From NCBI GenBank assembly GCA_031459875.1, contig JAVKHQ010000003.1:64001-128000 (forward strand): DNA of 64,000 nucleotides, in the 5' to 3' direction. The notes under the pieces are model-generated. The model searched no databases, was not told the DNA's origin, and saw only the letters and a list, made by a program, of their open reading frames with translations. Positions within the stretch are counted from its first letter, which is position 1. Each line of letters opens with the position of its first letter. Made by a program: the position numbers and the translations under genes. This DNA is from Candidatus Fervidifonticultor sextus. Lineage in GTDB: Bacteria; Sysuimicrobiota; Sysuimicrobiia; Sysuimicrobiales; Humicultoraceae. Below, one piece after another: positions 57,828 to 64,000 of the stretch.

Positions 57828-59828
57828 GTGGGCGCGCGCGTGTCCGCGGTGATCCTGACCTGGAACTCGGCGCGTCACATCGGGGCGGCGCTGGGAGCCC
57901 TGCGGCGGGAAGTCGCCGGGATCCCCGCCGAGCTCATCGTCGTGGACAACGGCTCCTCCGACAACTCCCTCCAGATCGCCGCCGCCGCCGCCCCGGAGGC
58001 CCGGATCATCAAGAACCGGGAGAACCTCGGGGTGGCGCGAGGCCGCAACCAGGGGGTGCGCGCGGCGCGCGGCGAGTATGTCCTCTTTCTGGACAGCGAC
58101 GCCGAGATGCAACCCGGGAGCCTGGCCGCGCTCGTAGGATTCCTCGACGCGCATCCGCACGTGGCGGTGGTCGGCCCGAGGCTCACCTACCCGGACGGAC
58201 GGCTGCAATACAGTTGCCGCAAGTTCCCCACCGTCCCCGGCAAACTGCTGCGCCTGCTCCCCCTGGCCTGGCGCAGGGCCGTGCCGTGGGCGGCCGATGA
58301 GGAGATGCTCGCCCTCGACCCGAGCGCCCCGACCCGGGTGGACTATCTCATCGGCGCGTGCCAGCTGATCCGGCGCGAGGTGCTGGATGCCCTCGGCGGC
58401 CTCGACGACCGGATGTTCTACGGTCCCGAGGACGTGGACTTCTGCCTGCGGGTGTGGCAGGCCGGCCGCGAGGTCTGGTACCTGCCGGAGGCGGTCGTCG
58501 TCCACCACGAACAGCGGATCACCCATGCCCGCCTGGACCGGCTCACCCTGCGCCACGCCCTGGCGCTGGCCTACTACTTCCGGAAGCACCGGTACCTCTG
58601 TCGCCGGCCCGAGTTCGCTCGGGAGGTCGGCGGCCGGCCGAAGGTCCTCCAGCTGATCACGCTCTCGGAGTGGGGCGGGGCGCAGGCCTGCGTCCTGGCG
58701 CTGGCCCGGGGCCTGCGGGAGGCATACGACGTGACGGTGGGGTGCGCGCCGGGAGGGCCGCTGGTGGCACGTCTGCGGGCGGAGCGCATTCCGGTCGTGG
58801 AAATCCCCACCCTGGTGCGGACGCCGCATCTCGCGGCGGACCTGCGGACCCTCTGGCGCCTGGTCCGGTGGATGCGGCGGGAGCGCTTTGCCATCGTGCA
58901 CTGTCACAGCACCAAAGCCGGCCTGCTCGGGCGGTTCGCGGCGCGCCTGGCCGGCGTCCCGGTGGTCCTGTTCACGGTGCACGGCTGGCCGTTTGCGGGG
59001 TGGTGGCACCCTGCAATGCGCGTCGCCGTCGCGCTGGCCGAGCGGATCGCGGCGCGGCTCAGTACGTTCGTGATCTGCGTGTCGGAACACGACCGGGGGA
59101 AAGCGCTGCGGATGGGGATCGGCGGGCCCGACCGCCTCGTGGTCATCCGCAACGGCGTCGATCCGGCGCCGTGGCTGGCCCGGCCGCTGCCGCCCCCGGC
59201 CGGTGCGGAGGTGGGTCCTCTGATCGCCGGGACCGCCGGCGGCGCCTGCACGGCGGTGGGGGTCGGCCGGCTGACCGAGCAGAAGGACCCCGTGACGCTG
59301 CTCGAGGCTTGGCGGCGGGTCCCCGCGCCCCACCGCCTGGTCCTGGTGGGGGAAGGTCCGCTGCGCCCGTCGCTGGAGGCCCTGGCGCGGCAGGACGGCC
59401 TGGCTGGCCGCGTGGCCATGCTGGGGGCCCGCGACGACGTGCCGGCGATTCTGGCGGGCGCCGATCTGTTCGTCCTGGCCAGCCGGTGGGAGGGGCTCCC
59501 GCTGGCCGTCCTCGAGGCCATGATGAGCGGGCTCCCGGTCGTGGCCACGGCGGTGGACGGCCTGCCCGAGGCGGTGGTCCCGGGCGAAACCGGGTTCCTG
59601 GTCCCTCCGCAGGATCCCGAGGCGCTGGCCGGGGCGGTGGGGCGGCTAGTGGCGGACGCCGAACTCCGTCGTCGGATGGGGGCGGCCGGCCGCCGTCGGG
59701 CGCTTCGGCACTTCACCGAGGCCCGGATGCTGGCAGAAACCGGTGCGCTCTACGACCGGGTGCTGACATGGTCGCGGGGGCGCTGGGGCCGCAGGAACAC
59801 TGCGCTCGCGCGGGGGCCGACGGCATGA
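57828..59828 (+). CDS. Bifunctional GT2-GT4 glycosyltransferase fusion
   Basis: N-part: VDNGSSD, LDSD, EDVDFCLR; C-part: GGAQ, GRLTEQKD, EGLPLAVLEAM; one continuous frame. Confidence 0.87.
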   Translation: MGARVSAVILTWNSARHIGAALGALRREVAGIPAELIVVDNGSSDNSLQIAAAAAPEARIIKNRENLGVARGRNQGVRAARGEYVLFLDSDAEMQPGSLAALVGFLDAHPHVAVVGPRLTYPDGRLQYSCRKFPTVPGKLLRLLPLAWRRAVPWAADEEMLALDPSAPTRVDYLIGACQLIRREVLDALGGLDDRMFYGPEDVDFCLRVWQAGREVWYLPEAVVVHHEQRITHARLDRLTLRHALALAYYFRKHRYLCRRPEFAREVGGRPKVLQLITLSEWGGAQACVLALARGLREAYDVTVGCAPGGPLVARLRAERIPVVEIPTLVRTPHLAADLRTLWRLVRWMRRERFAIVHCHSTKAGLLGRFAARLAGVPVVLFTVHGWPFAGWWHPAMRVAVALAERIAARLSTFVICVSEHDRGKALRMGIGGPDRLVVIRNGVDPAPWLARPLPPPAGAEVGPLIAGTAGGACTAVGVGRLTEQKDPVTLLEAWRRVPAPHRLVLVGEGPLRPSLEALARQDGLAGRVAMLGARDDVPAILAGADLFVLASRWEGLPLAVLEAMMSGLPVVATAVDGLPEAVVPGETGFLVPPQDPEALAGAVGRLVADAELRRRMGAAGRRRALRHFTEARMLAETGALYDRVLTWSRGRWGRRNTALARGPTA

Positions 59829-61249
59829 TGGCCCGCTTTGCCGTCCGGACGCCGGCCCGGTCCAAGGGCGGCCTCCACGTCTCCGAGCGCAGGGTGCTCC
59901 TCGTGGCCGCCGACCTGGTCCTGCTGAACCTGGCCCTCCTGGCCGTCCTCGCCTGGCGGATGCGGGAGCCGTTTGCGGCGGCCACCGTGGCCAGCCGCGC
60001 GGGGTGGTTCGTGCTGCTCTCCATCATCTGGGCGGTGGTGGCGGCGGCCTCCGAAGTCTACGATCTCCGCCGTGCCGCCCGGTTGCCCGCGGGGGTCGTC
60101 CGTCCGGTGACGGCGGTGTTGGTGGCCGACCTGCTCTACCTGGCCGTCCCCTACTACACGCCGTATCTGCACGCGTCACGGTTGACGGTGCTGTCCTTCC
60201 TGGCGGCAACAACCGGCCTGGTGGCCGCGTGGCGCACGCTCTACGCGGTCGTGCTGGTGCAGCCTTCCTTCCGGCACCCGGTCCTGATCCTGGGCGCCGG
60301 GCCGGCGGGTCGGGAGATCCTCTCCGTGATGCGGGCCTACGGCGAGACCGAGTACCTGCCGGTCGGCTTCGTGGACGGCGACCCGGCCCTTCGGGGCCGG
60401 GAGGTCGACGGGGTCCCGGTGTGGGGCCAGGCGCGCGACCTGACGGCCATCCTCGGCCGCACCGACGTCTCGGAGGTGGTGGTGGCCCTGCCGCCCTCCG
60501 ACGGTATCGACGGCGAGTTGTTCCAGACCCTGGTGGACTGTCACGAGCGCGGCATCACGGTGACACCGATGTACCGCCTGTTCGAGCAACTCACAGGACA
60601 GGTGCCGATCGAGCACGCGGGTCAAAACCTCTCCGTGGTCCTGCCGCTGGACCGGACGCCCCCGGTCATCTTCGATGCGGCCAAGCGGCTCCTCGACCTG
60701 CTCCTGGGGGCCGTCGGCCTGGCCTTCCTGGCCGTCGTTACCCCGCTCGCCGCGCTGGCGCTGTGGCTTGAGGACCGCGGCCCCGCCTTCTACCGGCAGC
60801 GGAGGGTGGGGCGGGGCGGCCGGGAGTTCGTCCTGCTCAAGTTCCGCACCATGACGCCCGATGCCGAAGCCAACGGCCCCCAGTGGGCCGATGTGGGCGA
60901 CGCCCGCGTGACCCGGGTCGGCCGCGTCCTCCGCCGGCTGCACCTCGATGAGCTCCCACAGGCGGTGAACATCCTCCGGGGCGAGATGAGCGTGGTCGGA
61001 CCGCGGCCCGAACGGCCGGAGTTCGTCGCCGCGCTCCAGACGGTCATCCCCTACTACCGGACGCGGCTGAGCGTGCGGCCCGGCGTGACCGGCTGGGCGC
61101 AGGTGAACTTCGAGTACGGGGACTCCGTGGAGGACGCGCTGGTCAAGCTCCGCTACGACCTGTACTATGTGAAGCACCGCTCGATGGTCCTCGACCTGCT
61201 GATCCTGATCCGGACGCTGGGGCACGTCCTCAGGCGGGGCGGCCGCTAG
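59825..61249 (+). CDS. Priming polyprenyl-phosphate sugar phosphotransferase (WbaP/WcaJ type)
   Basis: N-terminal TMs, GAGPAG domain, KFRTM, DELPQ, GEMSVVGPRPE, RPGVTGWAQ, D..Y. Confidence 0.93.
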   Translation: MMARFAVRTPARSKGGLHVSERRVLLVAADLVLLNLALLAVLAWRMREPFAAATVASRAGWFVLLSIIWAVVAAASEVYDLRRAARLPAGVVRPVTAVLVADLLYLAVPYYTPYLHASRLTVLSFLAATTGLVAAWRTLYAVVLVQPSFRHPVLILGAGPAGREILSVMRAYGETEYLPVGFVDGDPALRGREVDGVPVWGQARDLTAILGRTDVSEVVVALPPSDGIDGELFQTLVDCHERGITVTPMYRLFEQLTGQVPIEHAGQNLSVVLPLDRTPPVIFDAAKRLLDLLLGAVGLAFLAVVTPLAALALWLEDRGPAFYRQRRVGRGGREFVLLKFRTMTPDAEANGPQWADVGDARVTRVGRVLRRLHLDELPQAVNILRGEMSVVGPRPERPEFVAALQTVIPYYRTRLSVRPGVTGWAQVNFEYGDSVEDALVKLRYDLYYVKHRSMVLDLLILIRTLGHVLRRGGR

Positions 61250-61348
61250 GGAGGGAATCGTATCAGTACATCCGACATCGGCGTGAGGCTTATCGTTGAT
61301 GGAGGCTAGGCACGGACCGTCTGGTCTGGTATTGTCGGCGGTGCGCCC

Positions 61349-62326
61349 ATGAAGGCCATCATTCCCGTCGCCGGGGTCGGCCGACGCCTGCGGCCGCACA
61401 CCCACACGCAGCCCAAAGCCCTCATGCATGTCGCAGGCCGTCCCATCCTGGGGCATATCCTGGATGCACTGGTGGCGGCGGGCATCGACGAGGTGGTCCT
61501 GGTCGTCGGCCACCTCGGCGAGAAGGTCGAGGAGTACGTCCGCAGCCGCTACGCGATTCCGGCGCACTTCGTGGAGCAGGCCGAACCGCTGGGCAACGGC
61601 CATGCCATCTACGTCGCCCGCGAGCACCTGGACGGCGACGGTGTGCTGATCATCATGGGAGACACGATCATCAAGGCCGACCTGTCCAGGGTGCTGGCGC
61701 TGGAGGAGTCGGCCATCGGGATCCAGGAAGTGGCCGACCCGCGGCGCTTCGGCGTCGTCGAGGTCTCCGACGGTCTCGTGCGCCGGCTGGTGGAGAAGCC
61801 CGAGGTGCCTGCGAGCAACCTGGCCGTCGTCGGCCTCTACCTGATCCGCCAGCCGCGGCGGCTGCGGGAGGCCCTGGAGCGCATGGTCGCCGAACGCCGG
61901 CAGGTGCGCGGCGAGTACTGGCTGGCCGATGCGCTCCAGATGATGGTGGAATCCGGGGTGCCCATGCGGACCTTCCGGACGTCGGGGTGGTACGACTGCG
62001 GAACGCCCGAGGCCCTGCTGGAAGCCAACCGGGAGCTGCTGGCGGCCGAGGCACCCGCGGTCCCGACCACGCCCGGCGCGGTCGTCCTTCCGCCGTCCTA
62101 CGTGGATCCGACCGCGGAGGTCGAGGGATCGGTGATCGGACCCTACACGTCGATTGCCGAGGGCGCCCGCGTGCGGCGTTCGGTCATCCGTGACAGCATC
62201 GTCAATGCCGAGGCCAGCGTTGAGGGCGTCCTGCTGGAACACTCCATCATCGGCGAGCACGCGTCGGTGACCGGGCGCGCGGCGCGGATCAACCTCGGCG
62301 ACTCCTCGGAAGTCGTCGTGGGATGA
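61349..62326 (+). CDS. Sugar-1-phosphate nucleotidyltransferase with C-terminal hexapeptide repeats
   Basis: AG.G.RLRPHT...PK, EKP, W.DCG; left-handed beta-helix tail. Confidence 0.88.
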   Translation: MKAIIPVAGVGRRLRPHTHTQPKALMHVAGRPILGHILDALVAAGIDEVVLVVGHLGEKVEEYVRSRYAIPAHFVEQAEPLGNGHAIYVAREHLDGDGVLIIMGDTIIKADLSRVLALEESAIGIQEVADPRRFGVVEVSDGLVRRLVEKPEVPASNLAVVGLYLIRQPRRLREALERMVAERRQVRGEYWLADALQMMVESGVPMRTFRTSGWYDCGTPEALLEANRELLAAEAPAVPTTPGAVVLPPSYVDPTAEVEGSVIGPYTSIAEGARVRRSVIRDSIVNAEASVEGVLLEHSIIGEHASVTGRAARINLGDSSEVVVG

Positions 62327-62345
62327 GCCCGGCTGGAGCGGCGGC

Positions 62346-63353
62346 ATGCCGCGCTACCTGGTAACCGGCGGCGCCGGGTTCATCGGCGCCCACCTGGTCG
62401 GGGCGCTGGTCGCCCGCGGCGAGTCCGTGCGGGTCCTCGACAACTTCTCGACCGGCTCGGTGCGCAACCTGGCCTTCGCGTTGGGCCGCCGCGTCGAGCC
62501 CGGCGCGGAGAGGGAGGACACGCTGGCGGGCGACGGGGTCGAGGTGCTCCGCGGCGACATCCGGGATCCAGCGACCTGCGCGGCCGCCTGCGAGGGGGTC
62601 GAGATCGTGCTCCATCAGGCGGCGATGCGCTCCGTCCCCCGGTCGGTCGACGATCCGCGCGGGGCCACCGAACACAACGTCGCCGGCACCCTGAACCTGC
62701 TCATTGCCGCGTCCCAGGCCGGTGTGCGTCGGTTCGTCTACGCCTCGTCCTCCTCGGTGTACGGCGACGAGCCGGCCCTGCCCAAGCGAGAGGACCAGCT
62801 CCCCTCACCCATCTCGCCGTATGCGGCCTCGAAGCTGGCCGGTGAGTACTACTGCCGGGTCTTCGCCAGGACCTATGGGTTGGCCACGGTGTCGTTGCGC
62901 TACTTCAACGTCTTCGGGCCGCTGCAGGACCCGCGCTCGCAGTACGCGGCGGTCATCCCCCGGTTCATCGCCTGGACACTGGCCGGCCATCCCCTGGAGA
63001 TCCACGGCGACGGGTTGCAGTCCCGCGACTTCACCTACGTGGACAACGTCGTGGCCGCCAACCTGCTGGCGGCCGAGGCGCCGGATCTCGCCGGCGAGGT
63101 GTTGAACATCGCCTGCGGAGACCGGTCAACGCTCCTGGAGGTCGCTGATCTCATCGAGCGGCTGGTGGGCCGCCGGGTTCCGCGGCAGCATGTGGCGCCG
63201 CGGCGCGGGGATGTCCGCCACACGCTGGCCGACATCTCGAGGGCCAGGGCCGTCCTCGGCTACGAGCCGCAGGTGCCCTTTGCCGAAGGTCTGGCCCGGA
63301 CGGTGACCTTCTTCGCCCATCAGACCGAAGCCGCACGATTTTCGGGAGGATGA
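62346..63353 (+). CDS. NAD-dependent sugar epimerase (WbpP-like UDP-GlcNAc/Glc 4-epimerase)
   Basis: TGGAGFIG, SVPRS, SSSSVYG, SPYAASK, RYFNVFGP.Q, YAAVIP. Confidence 0.88.
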   Translation: MPRYLVTGGAGFIGAHLVGALVARGESVRVLDNFSTGSVRNLAFALGRRVEPGAEREDTLAGDGVEVLRGDIRDPATCAAACEGVEIVLHQAAMRSVPRSVDDPRGATEHNVAGTLNLLIAASQAGVRRFVYASSSSVYGDEPALPKREDQLPSPISPYAASKLAGEYYCRVFARTYGLATVSLRYFNVFGPLQDPRSQYAAVIPRFIAWTLAGHPLEIHGDGLQSRDFTYVDNVVAANLLAAEAPDLAGEVLNIACGDRSTLLEVADLIERLVGRRVPRQHVAPRRGDVRHTLADISRARAVLGYEPQVPFAEGLARTVTFFAHQTEAARFSGG

Positions 63354-64000
63354 GGATCATGCACGTCTGCGTCATCGGCGGGTTGGGCTACGTGGGGCTG
63401 GTGACCAGCGCCGGATTGGCCGAACTCGGGCACTCGGTGGTCGCGGTGGACACCGACCGGGACCGCCTGGCCCGCGTCCGGCGGGGGGACGTGCCGTTCC
63501 ATGAGCCCGGCCTGCGCGAGTTGATGGACCGCCACACCGCGACCGGGCGCCTCCGCTTCCAGGGGAGCCTTGCCGAGGGGGTGCGCGGGGCCCGGGTCGT
63601 GTTGGTGGCCGTCGCCACCCCGGCGCGCCCCGACGGCGAGACCGACCTGGGCCAGGTCATCTCGGCTTCCGAAGAGCTGGCACGCCACCTGACGTCGCAC
63701 ACCATCATCGCCATCAAGAGCACGGTCCCGCTGGGCACGGGCCAGGCGCTCAGGCGCATCCTCCAGGGGCACGGCCGGGTGGAGGGGCGGGACTACGACC
63801 TGGTCGCAGTGCCCGAGTTCCTGCGCGAGGGCCACGCCGTGGCCGACTTCCTGCACCCCACGCGCATCGTGATCGGCGCCGCCGACCCGCAGATCCGCCA
63901 GGAGGTCCGCCAGCTCTTCGCCGGCCTGGAGGCGCCGGTGCTGGAGACGACTTTTGAGCAGGCGCTGCTCATCAAGTATGCGTCCAACGCCTTCCTGGCC
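63350..64000 (+). CDS. ugd: UDP-glucose/GDP-mannose 6-dehydrogenase (3' end outside the window; missing from the ORF track)
   Basis: GLGYVGL, EPGL, V.TP, KSTVP.GT, PEFLREG.A, KYASNAFLA; start 63350 or 63359. Confidence 0.9.
   Translation, partial: MRIMHVCVIGGLGYVGLVTSAGLAELGHSVVAVDTDRDRLARVRRGDVPFHEPGLRELMDRHTATGRLRFQGSLAEGVRGARVVLVAVATPARPDGETDLGQVISASEELARHLTSHTIIAIKSTVPLGTGQALRRILQGHGRVEGRDYDLVAVPEFLREGHAVADFLHPTRIVIGAADPQIRQEVRQLFAGLEAPVLETTFEQALLIKYASNAFLA

Noticed and set aside
61250..61348. A/T-richer gap as a possible ncRNA
   Set aside because: No recognisable structure; more simply an internal promoter region (TGgTATTGT near 61327)

Overview
Very GC-rich, gene-dense bacterial window (about 60 CDS, mostly + strand, often coupled by ATGA/GTGA overlaps), probably from a diderm non-proteobacterial lineage (inference from the LpxB-like, LptA and LptD-like gene set). 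1-31 kb is metabolism: Rieske ferredoxin plus a rearranged nuoB-D-I-C block, a membrane-anchored sulfite-oxidase-family Mo enzyme, a branched-chain 2-oxoacid dehydrogenase operon with lipA, FNR, MoeZ, two Zn-dehydrogenases plus a cupin, Fe-S carriers (IscA, NifU-C, Mrp), RtcB, ACAD, YitJ, ALDH, TPR/LptA, class I aldolase, AroE-like, a MoaD-MoaE fusion, M48 and PHP. 31.4-40.6 kb is a more A/T-rich accessory glycan cassette: MNT-HEPN pair, Wzx, glycosyltransferases, decayed FkbM methyltransferase genes (one split by a complete IS481-family element) and a heptad-repeat protein. 40.6-64 kb is an LPS/surface-glycan locus: two LpxB-like genes, MsbA-like, two WaaL-like, ArnT-like, LptD-like, PMM, UXS, Gmd, Fcl, GTs, a priming transferase, a nucleotidyltransferase, an epimerase and a partial Ugd. 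No rRNA, tRNA or CRISPR array was recognised. All calls come from motif recognition by eye; no database searches were run. Starts were often trimmed from the ORF track using RBS and overlap evidence.
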